DNA of 60,283 nucleotides, from positions 9,326,438-9,386,720 of the forward strand of contig JARDVH010000121.1 of assembly GCA_030324005.1 (NCBI GenBank), given 5' to 3'. The notes under the pieces were generated by a model. It was not told where the DNA came from and made no database searches. It was given only the letters and a program-made list of their open reading frames with translations. The stretch's first letter is position 1. Every line of letters starts with the position of its first letter. Below are positions 1 through 13,089 of this stretch, in pieces. The DNA comes from Negaprion brevirostris. Taxonomy: Eukaryota. A program made the translations under genes and the position numbers.

Positions 1-194
1 TTGGCGTGTAGAATGTGATTGCGGCAACCTGCAGGAAATATTGGAACAAAAGCTTCAGTTTTAACATATTCATAGAGCTTAGCACCCATGGCCAGACGGC
101 ACGGTTCAACTTATCCTGCGAAAATAAACAAAACACAATCTTTGAAAAAATATGTTAATTAGGTCGTATATTTTTTTCTTGCCATGTCTTTCTT

Positions 195-905
195 CATTAC
201 TGGGACATGGGCGTAGCTGACTGGCCAAAATTTATTATCCATTCCTAGTTGCTCTTGGGAACGCGGTATTGAGCTGCCTTCATGAATTGTTGCAGTCCCC
301 GTACGGCAGGATGAAGTAAAATGCCGTTATGAAGGGAATTGCGAGATTTTGACCCAGTGACTGTGAAAGAACGGCTGCATTAGTCCAAGAGTGGCTTGAA
401 GCGGAACATGCAGGTGGTGGTGTTCCCATGCCTCTCCCGCCCTTGTCCTTTGGGTTTGGAAGGTCCTGCCGAAACAAAAAAAAAACTTTGTGAATTGCTG
501 TAGTGATTCTTGTCGGCAGTGGCACACTGACGCTGCTGAGCGGAAATGGTGGAGGGACTGAAATTTGTACATACTTTGACAAACAAGTAGGCTTTTTTAA
601 AAAAAATCCTGGATGGCGTCAAGCACCTCGAGTGTTTTTGAAGCTGTGCCCACCCAGATAACGAGGACGTATTTCATCACAATCTTGGCCTGCCACTTGT
701 ATAAGGTGGATAGGACTTGGGGAGTCTGGAGATGAGTTACTCGCCACAGTACTCCTCGCCTCTGAGTGCTATGTAGTTACTGTGTTAATGTGGTGAGTCC
801 AGATGAGTTTCGGGCCAATGGTAACCCCAGCATGTTGATATGGGGATTTCAAGGGGCAGTTGTTACGGTGCTTCTTTTTGGTCCTGGTATTTGTGTGCCA
901 TGAAT
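195..905 (-). mobile_element. CR1/L2-group LINE 3' remnant (ORF2 C-terminus and 3' tail)
   Basis: ORF 327-572 SLHHFRSAASVC...RTRAGEAWEHHHLHVPLQAT resembles an elasmobranch LINE ORF2 C-terminus; tail gggacatgggcgtagctgactggcc. Confidence 0.8.
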
Positions 906-1169
906 GTTTCCTTTTGTTCATTCATTCTTCATTTATGCTCCAAACCACACTGGTGCGAAATCGGCCCAAGCCTGCTTAAATTGAATTGCTAACTTTCGAT
1001 GTTTCACATATCAAGGAACTGCTTGGAACATATATTAAAAAAAAATGCATCAGCGTTTCGAAGTCGTTCAAGTGGCAACTGCATTGTTGTACATCACATT
1101 ACACATTTTAACCATATTTCCTACTATAAACTGCAAACCAGATGGAATGTTATGCCAATACATAATGTT

Positions 1170-1305
1170 TTCTTGGTCGTTGTTAGAATTCTAACTTAAC
1201 ATTTCTATTTAATTCGAATTGCACCACCTGCCACGTTTGGAATCGAACGCTGTATAACCCTTCATTTAAGAATGCATGCCCAATGATAAGACCATTACCC
1301 CAACC
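1170..1305 (-). mobile_element. Degenerate tRNA-head SINE fragment (paralog at ~4530-4665)
   Basis: ttggtcgttgttagaattct...aattcgaattgcaccacctgccacgtttggaatcgaac resembles the SINE copies at 29040 and 37060. Confidence 0.5.
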
Positions 1306-1868
1306 ACTCAGAAAATCGACACACCTCTACATATCTCCTTGCCAACAATTGAATAATTATTCTTAGTATGCCATAAACTTTCCTTTCAATAATTCACGGA
1401 TAGATTTGTAAGTACATTAGGACGACCTTCAAGAGCCTACTTGTTAATTTCCGAAAAGAAAAGCATCACTCTTATTTAGCATCTCCAATTTTCATCAATG
1501 CCACTGGTGTTAATCATTATTAATAAACCAACGCCGCTCCCGCCATCCCAGAATACTGAGTACCCATCCAATCGCAGATTCAGCACTGCAATCTGGCTAT
1601 CCGAACTTTGATGCAGAAACTGATAGTCTATTAAGTATTATTCTTTTTGGTATTTTCAGCCTAGGACGGCAATTTGGAATCCCATCTCCCCGACCAATGC
1701 ACAACCTGTACGCTGTCGCAATCGCAGTGGATTGGAATGTAAATACCTGAACTCCCCCGTTGAAAAGCGATTTTGATCATCCTACAGATTTGTTTTTCCA
1801 TCCGGCGAACAACACGTGCTGTTTCGGCTCATGTCAAAGATGCCTTGTTCTGTTTAGTAGCTCGTTTA

Positions 1869-1986
1869 AGAACGTAAGAAAAAGAAGCGGGAGTAGGCCA
1901 TCTAGACCTTCGAGCCTGCCCCACCATTCAATATGATCATGGCTGATCTGAAGTGGATCAGTTCCACTTTCCCACTTTCTCCCCAT
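1869..1986 (-). mobile_element. Young CR1-type LINE 3' end, cut by an assembly gap
   Basis: aagaacgtaagaa...ggagtaggccatctagaccttcgagcctgccccaccattcaatatgatcatggctgatct; absent from the paralogous site at ~5233. Confidence 0.85.
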
Positions 1987-3527
1987 NNNNNNNNNNNNNN
2001 NNNNNNNNNNNNNNNNNNNNNNNNNNNNNNNNNNNNNNNNNNNNNNNNNNNNNNNNNNNNNNNNNNNNNNNNNNNNNNNNNNNNNNAATGTGAAAACATG
2101 CTCAATGACGCATTTGTCATATTGTTTCTCCTGTACAGGCATTTCATTTGGTCCTAACTCTTTGTACCGAATTGCAACAAAGGGATAGCATTTCATGGCT
2201 TTTGCTGCACTGTTCCATTAAGATGTGTGACTTTTTTTTTCAGAAGTATGACCTGTCGTCTTTACTCCTGCAAAGATACTGCATAAATGGCTGGTGCAGT
2301 GGCTGATGGCTTAGCATTATGAGAACACGATACTGAAATATTCTGTGTTCCCTGGACTTTACCTCAGCAAAAGAACCTCCTGGGTTACACTCGAGAAATA
2401 AACGATTGCATTGTGGAATAAAATGGTAACATTGGACTGGGTCAGAGCTTTGCTGGTTCAAATCAAATCGACTGAAAAAGTGCCGTTCGTTACATCAGAG
2501 TGTGCATAAATGCCCATTGGGTAAACCTATGATGGGTGTACCAGGCTGGCCTGTGAGATTGTAAAGAATACGAAGACTGAACTCCATTTTGGAGTGATCA
2601 CATAATACGTGTATTTATTGCAACTGGAGATGATTGGATCGTCATCTCTGTCCAGCATTAAAAAAAAATGATGATGTTAGATTTCACATCGAGAAATGCC
2701 AGTATGTTTATTTCGGATGAAATATCAATGAGTTATTTGATCCAGAATAATTGTTTCGGAGTGGGTTATCAGATCTAAATTCATTCTGGAAACGATGTCA
2801 ATGAAGTAATTCTAAATCGGGTAACGTAACAGAAAATATTCTCATCAACATGAAAAATCTCGAGAGATGCATTAAAATTGGAATCTAAAGTTTGGTTACA
2901 TGGAAAATGTACAACAAATTGAGAAACCCCGTCCACTGCACAACTTGGTATCTATAGGTTCAAGTGATACAATGCAAGTGTGTTCAACGGAAATTAAGCA
3001 ACAATCAACAACAGCATATTAAAAGAGTTTCCACGTTTTTTTGGAAACTCATCCCAACGCTTTCTCATTCCTACATCAGTGGAACTGTAATTACTTGAGA
3101 AGGCTTCGTTAACCATCACTCAAGCTTGCACATCTTCCTCGCGGATTCTTCAGGGTTTCTACGCGAAGCTATGCCAGTTGAATTAATTTCTAATAAACGT
3201 AAAAGAAACAAGAGCAAATGTTTTTTCTTTCATAATGAACAATTGATACATGAGAATCACGATGTATTCTGCATCGTGGTAAGTTGCGTGGTTACTGGTT
3301 TGGCGCGTAGAACGTGATTGCGGCAACCTGCAGGAAATATTGGAACAAAAGCTTCAGTTTTAATATATTCACAGAGCTCAGCCCCCATGGCTAGACGACA
3401 CGGTTCAACTTATCCTGCGAAAATAAATCACAATCTTTGAAAAAAAAAGTTAATTATACAGTATATTTTGAGCCCCGTCTTATTGCAAGTCCTCCTCCTG
3501 ATTTTGTTTTTTTGCCATGTCTTTCTT

Positions 3528-4275
3528 CATTACAGGGACATGGGTGTCGCTGACTGGCCAGCATTTACTGTCCATCCCTAGTTGCCCTTGGGAACGCGGA
3601 ATTGATCTGCCTTCGTGAATTGTTGCAGTCTTCGTACTGCAAGTTGAACCACAATGCCGTTATGATGGGAATTGCAAGATTTTGAGCCAGCTACTGTTAA
3701 AGACCGGCTATATTATTCCAAGAGTGGCTTGAACTGGAACGTGCAGGTGGTGGTTTCCCCATGTATCTCCCGCCCTTGTCCTTCTGGATGGAAGTGGTCG
3801 TGGGTTTGTACGGCTCTATCGAAAAATCTTTGGGAATTGCTACAGTGCGTCTTTTCGTCAGTGGCACACTGCCGCTACTGAGCGTAGGTGGTGGAGGGAC
3901 TGAAGTTTGTACATACTTTGCCATCAAGTAGGCTTTTTTTTATATATATACTGGATGGCGTCAAGCACCTTGAGTGTTTTTGGAGCTGCACCCATCCAGA
4001 TAAATAGGGCGTATTCCATCACAAACTTGACTTGCGACTTGTATATGGTGGATAGGACTTGGGGAGTCTGGAGATGAGTTACTCGCCAAAGTATTCCTCG
4101 CCACTGAGCGCTATGTAGTTACTGTATTAATGTGGTGAGTCCAGTTGAGATTCTGGCCATTGGTAACCCCAGCATGTTGATATGGGGAATTCAGTGATGT
4201 ACCATCACTGAATATGAAGGGAAAGTTGTTACGGTGCTTCGTTTTGGTGATGGCATTTGTGCGCCGTGAATGTTA
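3528..4275 (-). mobile_element. CR1/L2-group LINE 3' remnant, paralog of 195-905
   Basis: Same sequence and position within the duplicated unit. Confidence 0.8.
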
Positions 4276-5869
4276 ATTTTTGTTGCGTCATTCTTCACTG
4301 AAACACTAAATCACGCTGGTGCTAAATTGGCCCAAGCCTGCTTAAATTGAATTGCTGACTTTAGATGTTCCACATATCACAGAGCTGCTTCAAGTATGAA
4401 AAACAAGAATCAGCGTTTCGTGGTAGTCCAAGTGTCAACTGCGTTGGTGTACATCTCATTACGCATTTTAACCATAGGTCCGACTATGCATTGCAAACCA
4501 AATGGAATGCTGTGCCAATACATACTGTTTTATTGGTCATAGTTAGAATTCTAACTTAACATTTCTATTTATTTCGAATTGCACCACCTGCCACGTTTGG
4601 AATCGAAACGCTGTATAACCCTTCATTTAAGAATACACGCCCAATGATAGGACCATTACCGCAACCACTCAGAAAATCGACACTTCTATGCTTATTTCCT
4701 TGTCAACAGTTGACGAATTATTCTTAATATGCCGTAAACTTTCCGTTCAATGATTCATGGATAGATTTGGAAGTTCATTGGGACTACCTTCAAGAGCCTA
4801 CTTGTTAATTTCCGAAAAGAGAAGCATCACCCTTATTTAGCATCTCCAGTTTTCACTAATGCCACTGGTGTTAATCACTATTAATAAACCAACGCCGCTG
4901 CCGCCATCCCAGAATACTGAGGACCCGTCCAATCGCACATTCAGCACTCCTATGTGGCTGTCTGAACATTGATCCAAATACTGAAAGTCTGTTCAGTATT
5001 GTTCTTTATGGTATTCTCTGCGTAGGACGGCAATTTATAATTCCATCTCCCCCAACAATGCACAACCTGTACGCTGTCGCAATCGCAGTGGAGTGAGATG
5101 GATACACCTGAACTCCACAGTTGACAAGTGGTTTTGATCATTCGACAGGTTTTTTTTTTATTTGCGTCCGGCGAAGCACACGTGCTGTTTCGGTTTATGT
5201 CAAAGATGCCTTGTTCTGTTGACTCGCTCGTTTATAACAGATTCTGCATATTGTTAAACTGCAGATTGGCCATTTCTACTCACCTTTTCGACATGGCAGT
5301 CGCCCAGAAATTTAAAATTATCAGGTCATGCACTTCAACATGCTGAACATTTAACTGTGCAATAGCACATTCGTTCCCATCTTCATGCTGTGTTTCACTT
5401 TCATAGGTCGGGCCTCCTTCGCATTCCTCTTGAAATGCCACCTCGGCTGACTGCTAAATTAAGTGCGTCATTCACACAGACTCTGCCAATCGGCCGGACA
5501 AAATCATGTAGTTTTACTGTGCTTCATAATGAACTGTTCTTTTTGTTTAAAGCAATGCACTATCTAACTCAGAATTTGATTTGAATAGAATAACTGAATC
5601 TAAACATGAACGTATGTTTTTAACACTGGAAAAATTCGAAAATTATTCTGATGGTAGAGATTAATTCTTACGGAACAATTGCTTCACTTCTTAGCAACAA
5701 TCACTTAAAGTTCGTTGAAAAATGAAAAGAACATATCGATTTCCTTGTAACGAGGCATGCAATCGTTATTAAATACGTACCCGCTGATCTTAAAACTTCA
5801 TTGAACCTTTCCAGCTCTGAAACACACATCATAGCATTCTGTCAGAGAGTCATACTGTCATAAACGTTT

Positions 5870-6230
5870 ACTCAATGGAAACAGGCCATTCAGTCCAACT
5901 TGTCCATGTCGGCATTTTTAACCACTAAACTAATACCAATTGCCCGCCTTTGGCCCTTATCCCTGAATACGCATCTTACCCAAACACAAAACACAAAATT
6001 GCACCCTTCCTACCACTACCTCTGATAGCTTGTTCCAGGAACTCACCGCCCTCTGTAGAAAGAAATTGTCCCTCTGGACACTTTTTCTTGTCGCCCTTCT
6101 CACCCTGAACCTATGCCCACTTGTTGTAGACTCCACTACCGTTGGACAAAGACAGTGAATATCTTGCTGATCGTTACATTATGGCATTCTGTAAGAGCCT
6201 CCTATGCTCCAGAGAGAGAGAAAAAAATGA
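5870..6230 (-). mobile_element. CR1-type LINE 3' remnant (paralog at ~9755-10130)
   Basis: acaggccattcagtccaac tail; paralog ORF 9724-10083 has KTSGHRFRMRREK...NFFTQRVVNVWNQL, the CR1 ORF2 C-terminal motif. Confidence 0.8.
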
Positions 6231-8868
6231 CCCAGTCAAACTCCAAAAACACTCTCACACCGTCAGGCAGCGCTCACCCTGTGGACAGACCAGCAATAAT
6301 TCGTATCTGTTTTTCTATATATGTATTTTTTCAAACCTGTAATGTCATGGAACTCGTTTGAATCAATTCTAAGATTGGACAGACGGAGTTGAATACCTTT
6401 TAGTCTCAGAGTAAGAAACAATAGACATTATCTTGTCGTAGAACGTTTGTCCATTGGGACATTCCAAGGCCAGGCTAAAATATAGAGCAAAACCACCCTG
6501 ATATATTGCAGATCCAGATATGCGGGCGCAATGAGACGATGCAAAGAAGTGAGGACCAGAGGGCCATCAAAGGAAAACTGTAAAAACATTGGTTGAAATG
6601 ATCTGCATTTAAAGTGCCCTCTCTTAATTTCTGTCAGATTAAAGTTGAATAGATGATTTATAAGAAAGTAAATAAAAAGGATAAACTTTAATAGCAAATT
6701 GAAACATAATCAAAGTATTGATTCGGGGTCATTTGACGATCTGTACGTGAACCATATGAAACTTCTGTACACCATCACCGTTCCGTATGAGTAGGCATTA
6801 TGCAGGTGTTGCATTATCGAGGAACTGTGGCTAAGAATCATGATTTGGTGCCAGATCCACAGATATGGTGATGCGTCAGGTTAGGAGAGAGTTCAATTGA
6901 TGCTACGTTTCAGAAGACAATCAAACCACAAGGAATAACGACCATGAATTCGGCAAGTAGTCATGGGAAGGATGCAGCGATTACAATTCAAGCTTTTAGA
7001 GAGATCCACAGTCATGCGTTCCAGGAGACTTCGCCCTTGTCCATGTCAAAACGTGTTGTGTTTCGTGGACACTGTTTGCATAAATCTGAGCATAATGTCC
7101 TGAAATCGGGGAAAAAAAAATCACGTCGGGTTAGAAAGGTGAATTATAACTTAATTAGTGATCTGTTAGTCTGAGGTAGAGACACTATCCACTTTGGCCC
7201 TGATAGAGATTCTGTTCATACTGTTTGGCCACTGCAAGTGTTCAGAACATCCGAGATGAGGCTCAGAGAACTGAAGAGGGATGAAAATATGGATTGTTGT
7301 TATACTGAAGGAATGCGAGCAGTCAGGAACCAAATTAAGTAACGTAACCGAAACGATAATAATGTCTGAACCACGAGATAATTGGCATGAGCCACGAGAT
7401 AAGTGCCATCTGCCTGTAAGTATACAGAGGCAAATGCGTCGCTCACACGTTCGCGTAGGGGAACTATGCTCTATTTATTCATTCATTAGCAACTGAACAT
7501 TTCCTTCAGGTGCATTCCAAATGAATCATGTTGGCACAAGTGTCCGGGTAAATCGCAGAACTCTGATCAGAGAGATTTTTTTTTGCTAATGGTTGTGTGT
7601 GTGTATGTTTGTGCGTGTGTATCGTATCAGGGCGTCAGGGTGAAGTAAAGTTGCATGTGACAATCAGAAGAATAACCTTTAAGGGGAGGGTAAAAATGAA
7701 TGTTAGTGATTAGTCTCATTATTAGCAATAAATAAAATGAAATGACAGAAAATGTCAACATTGTTTGACATCAGCGAATCAGGCAAGTGAAATGAGTTAT
7801 GGTCATTAAATAAAGTGTAAAGGCTCTGGGCCAGAATTTTGGACGCATTAGGGAATAAAAGGAAGTCAGTTAACACGATAAAAGTAGGCACATGGATTGT
7901 TTCCCAGATCTTCACTGAGAGGCCATTGCCGGAAAACTAGGTTTGACATTTACGTATCCAGAGGTGTTGAGTACCTCGTAAGCATAGACTCATATCAATG
8001 TGAGGCTGTGCTGATTTGGTAAGGAATAAAGAGAGCAATTTTGTAGCGAAAAATTACAAAAAAGTTCCGGAGAGCAAGATGCAGAATAGTTTTGGAAGTG
8101 TTAAAATACATAACAGACACACTGTTCTACTTTGGAAATAGTTGCCAAACTCTGCAATTGATTTTTATACGAAGGCGAGGAAATAACGTGTTTCACTTGT
8201 CCTCTTATACATAACTTAGAACACGTATACAATATATTAAAAAAAACTACAACGTTACAAATAAATTAAACTTTGACCTTGCAATGTATAATCCTGAGTA
8301 ATGTTCAATCTTTATGTTTCCTATGTGCAGCAGTCCATGTACACGATCCTATTTCTGGAACAAGTTTGCATATGAAAATAAATGTTTACTTTGATGCTGT
8401 ATATTCAGTTTGTTTGTATGATTATTACTGCTGGACAGAGAAATTTTGAAAGCAGAAGCTCTCGCAGAAAAATCCACACTCATGGAACAGAATTTCAGCG
8501 GAATACACGGATTCCCTAACACGCTCCAATGAGAAACTTCAGAGGAGGCGGGAGGGCGGGCGGAGTCGCGAGGTGGTGGTGGGGGGCGGCGGGGTGCCGA
8601 GCGCAGTTGTTTCTCAACTGGAATTGGGTGGAGAATGGACTTTTTGAAGACATCTGCCTAGATGCGACACTAAAACTTAATTCACATGATAAGATCACGT
8701 GGAGTTAGGTTGGGATATATGGGCCTTTTTTTTCGGTTGGCAAGGAGGACCACGTGAGGGATCATGATNNNNNNNNNNNNNNNNNNNNNNNNNNNNNNNN
8801 NNNNNNNNNNNNNNNNNNNNNNNNNNNNNNNNNNNNNNNNNNNNNNNNNNNNNNNNNNNNNNNNNNNN

Positions 8869-9113
8869 ATCCTTCTACACTCCAACGAGTACAAACCTAG
8901 TCTCTTGCGACTCTCTTCATAGTCCAACCCCCTCATCTCCGGTATCAGCCGAGTGAACCTCCTCTGCACTCCCTCCAAGACCAATATGTCCTTCTGTAAG
9001 TGCGGCGATCAAAACTGCACACAACACTTCAGCCGCGTCCTCACCAGTACCCTGTCCAGTTGCAGCAAGACCTCCCTACCTTCATATTCTATCCCCCTCG
9101 CTATAAAGGCCAA
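8869..9113 (-). mobile_element. Young CR1 ORF2 fragment, 5'-truncated end of an insertion
   Basis: ORF 8682-8984 LEGVQRRFTRLIPEMRGLDYEESRKRLGLYSLECRR; host sequence resumes at ~9114. Confidence 0.9.
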
Positions 9114-11623
9114 GTCTATTACAGATTCTGCATATTGTGAACTGAAGATTGACCATTTCTATTCACCTGTTCGACAAGGCACTCGCCCAGAAATTTAAAA
9201 TAGTCAGGCCATGCACTCCGACAGACAGAACGGTTATCTGCTCAACAGCACATTCGTTCCCGTCATCATGCTGTGTTTCACTTTCATAGGTCGGGCCTCC
9301 TTCACATTCCTCTTGAAATGCCTCCTCCGCTGTCTGTTACATTGAGTGCGTCATTCACACAGACCCTGCCATTCGGCTGGATAAAGTCATGTAGTTTTCC
9401 TGTGCTTCAGAATGAGCTGTTCTTATTGTTATAAGCAATGCACTGTCTAACTCAGAATTTGTTTTGAATACAATAACTGAATCTAAACATGAACGTATGC
9501 GTTTAACACTGGACAGATTCAAAAATTATTCTGATGGTAGAGATTAATTCTTACGGAACAATTGCTTCACGTTTTAGTAATAGTCAGTTAAATTCGTTGA
9601 AAAATGGAAAGAACATATCGATTTCCTTGTAATGACGCATGCAATCATGATTGACTACGTACCCACTGACTTTATCTCTTCATTGAACTTTTCCAGCTCT
9701 GAAACACATGTCATAGCATTCTGTCATAGATTCATAGTGTCAAAACCGTTTACTAAATGGAAACAGGCCCTTCGGCCCAACATGTACATGTCGGCCTTTT
9801 TAACCCCTAAACTAATCCCAATTGCCCGCATTTGAATCTTATCCCTGAATACGCATCTTACCCATGCAACTTTCTGAATGTTTTTTAAAGGACAAAATTG
9901 TACCCGTCCTACCACTACCTGAGACAGCTGGTTCCAGACATTTACCACCCTTTGAGTAAAGAAATTGTCCCTCTGGACACTTACGCTTTTCTCCCTTCTC
10001 ATCCTAAACCTATGCCCACTTGTTTTAGACTCCACAAGCATTGGAGAAAGATACGGACTATCTTGATGATCCGTCCCCTTCATTATATTATGACACTCTG
10101 TAAGAGCCCCCTATGCTCCAGAGAGAGAAAAAAAAGTCCCACTCACACTCCAAAAACACTCTCACACCGTCAGGCAGCACTCCACCCTGTGGAGAGAGCA
10201 GCAATAATTCGTTTCTTTTTTTTTTCTATTTTTTTCATCTGCAATGCCATGGAACTCGTTTGAATCAATTGTACGATTGGGCAGACAGAGTTTAATCCCT
10301 TTTAGTCTCAGAGTAAGAAACAATGGACTGTATCTTGCTGTAGAACGTTTGGAGAGTTAAGAGTTGTATTTAGAAAATGTTTGAGAATATTGTTGAAACA
10401 AAGAAGGGTTTGAACTTTAATGGAAGCCTCAAAACTTGCATCTGCATGTACGCACTGCAGCGGAGTATGGTGATCTGGAGTTGAGGTAAGTGTGGGAGTT
10501 GAGCAAAGTGGAGGAGGAAGATATTACTGTTTGCTGTTCCCTACTTTGTCGATAGGGACATTCCAAGGACAGGCGAAAATATAGAGCAAAACCACCCTGA
10601 TATATTGCAGATCCAGATAGGCCGGCACAATGAGACGACGCAAAGAAGTGAGCACCAGATTGGCATCAAAGGAAAACTGTAAAAACATTGGTCGAAATCA
10701 ACTGAATTTATAGCGCCCTCTCTAAATTACTCTCAGGTTAAGGTGAATCGATGATTTATGAGAGGGGCCAGTTGACGATCTGCACGTGAAGCATATGAAA
10801 ATTTTGTACACCATCATGGTTCCGTATGAGCAGGCATTAAGCAGGTCTTGCATTATCGAGGAACTATGGCTAAGAATCATGATTTGGTGCCAGAACCACA
10901 GATATGGCGATGCTTCAGATAAGGGGGCAGTTCAATTAATGCTATGTTTCAGAAGACAATCAAACCACAAGGAATAACGACCATGAATTCGGCAAGTAGT
11001 CATGGGAAGGATGCAGTGATTACAATTCAAGCATTTAGAGAGATCCACAGGCATGCGTTCCAGGAGAGTTAACCCGTCTCCATGCCCAAACGTTTTGTGA
11101 TTCGTGAACATTGTTGACAGAAATCTGATCATTACGTCCTGGTGTCGGAGAGAATTCAGGTCGGGTTAGAAAGGTGAATTATAACTTAATTAGTGATCTG
11201 TTAGCCTGAGGCATAGACACGATACACTTTGGACCTGATAGAGATTCTGTTCATATTGCCGGGCCACTGCAAGTGTTCAGAACATCCAACATGATGCTCA
11301 GAGAACTGAAGAGGGATGAAAATATGGATTGTTGTTATACTGAAGGAATGCGAGCAGCCAGGAACCAAATTCAGTAACGTAACAGAAACGATAATAATGT
11401 GTTAACGACGAGATAATTGACATGAGCCACGAGATAAGTGCTATGTGTCAATAAGTATACAGAGGCAAATACGTGGCTCAAACGTTCGCGTATGGGGAAT
11501 GCGTTCTATTTATTGACAAATTAGCAACGGAACATTTCCTGCAGGTGCATTCCAAATGAATCATGGTGGCACAAGTGTCCGGGTAAATCGCAGAACTCTG
11601 ATGATCGAGTTTTTTTTTACTAG

Positions 11624-11680
11624 TGTGTGTGTGTGTATATGTATGTGTGTATGTGTGTGCGTGCGTGTGTGTGTATGTGT
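11624..11680. repeat. Imperfect (GT)n microsatellite (paralogs at ~7594-7620 and ~16586-16636)
   Basis: Direct reading of the sequence; length differs between copies. Confidence 0.9.
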
Positions 11681-11866
11681 CGTATTCAGCGCGTCAGGGT
11701 GAAGTAAATTTGCATGTGATAATAAGATGAATAACCTTTCTGGGGACGGTAGAACTGAATGTCAGTGATTCGTCTCATTGTTTGCAATAAAGAAAATGAA
11801 ATGACAGAAGATGTAAACATTGTTTCACATCAGTAAATCAGTCAAGTGGAATGAGTTATGGTCATT

Positions 11867-11983
11867 AAAGAACAAAGAACAGCGCGGGAAATAGGCCCTT
11901 CGGCCCAACGAGCTCGCGCCGCCATTATATCATTACCAGCCCCCCACTCCACCCATGACCCTTATCTATGCTTATGGCAATCC
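11867..11983 (-). mobile_element. Short 5'-truncated retroposon 3' tail specific to copy B
   Basis: aaagaacaaagaac...aggcccttcggccca sits between gtcatt and taaagtgtaa; copies A (~7808) and C (~16822) are empty. Confidence 0.75.
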
Positions 11984-13089
11984 ATAAAGTGTAAAGGCTC
12001 TGGACCAGAATTTTGGATGCTTTAGGGAATAAAAAGAAGTCAGTTAACACGATAAAAGGAGGCACATGGATTGTTTCGTAGATTTTCACTGAGAGGCAAT
12101 TGCCGGAAAACGAGGTTTGATATTGAAAGATCCAGAAGAGTTGTGTACCTCGTAAGCATAGACTCAAATCAATTCGAGGCGGTGCTGCTTTGGTAAGGAA
12201 TAAAGACAACAATGTTGTGTTGAAAAGTTATATTAAAAAAATACCGGAGAGCAAGATGCTGAATAGATTTGGAAGTGTTAAGATACATAACAGGCACACT
12301 ATTGTACTTTTGAAATAGTCATCAAACTCTGCATTTGATTTTTATACGAAGATGAGCAAAGAACGTGTTTAACTTGGCCTCTTACATATAAATTAGAACC
12401 CATATACAATATATTTTAAAGACGCTTTAACGTTACAGATCAATTAACTTTTGACCTTGCAATGTATTATCCTTAGTAACTTGCAATCTTTGTTGATTCT
12501 TTGTCCAGCGGTCCATACACATGATCGTAACTCGAGAACAAGTTTGCATACGAAAATATGTGTTTACTTTGATGCTGTATAATCCGTTTTTTTATTACTG
12601 CTGGACGGAGAAATTTTGAAAACAGAAACTCTCGGAGAAAAATCCACAGTCATAGAACAGAATTTCGAAGGAATACACTGATTCACTAACACACCTCAAT
12701 GAGAAACTTCAGGGGGGCGGCGGATGGGGGGATGGGGGGAAGGAAGCGCAGCTTTTCTCAACAGGAAATGCATCATTCGTGCTTGAACATTCTCTGTCAA
12801 CCCAACTTCCACGTCACATTGCTGGAAATGCAAATAATATCATCAAGCCTCGCAGGACAATAGCTCAGCGGAAAAGAGCAGTACAACTTGAGTTCAGGTC
12901 AATATTGGCATTCGAGAGAGTTGGAGAAATTGTGATGCTGCAATGAAGGAAGAGATGGGTGCTGGTCGACAGAAAGACTCAGATTGCATCCGGGTACGAC
13001 AACAAATCCTGTTCAACACATATCTCAAATTCTCTTCGAAAATATGCAGTATCGTTTCAGTCCCCCCAAAAAGATACATTCCTGATGGT

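Larger units (their letters stand above)
1..1868 (+). repeat. Segmental duplication block; paralog of 3300-5235
   Basis: Colinear match from ttggcgtgtagaatgtgattgcggcaacctgcagg (1) / ttggcgcgtagaacgtgattgcggcaacctgcagg (3300) through to gatgccttgttctgtt; roughly 85-90% identical by eye. Confidence 0.95.
2087..8768 (+). repeat. Duplication-unit copy A (one contig)
   Basis: 2087-3300 matches 30922-32100; 3300-5235 matches 1-1868; 5235-8625 matches 9114-12770; 7265-8625 matches 16259-17610. Confidence 0.95.

Noticed and set aside
7370-7405. ccacgagataa direct repeat (also at ~11407 and ~16365)
   Set aside because: Only two units about 21 bp apart, so not a CRISPR or satellite array; recurrence is explained by the segmental duplication.
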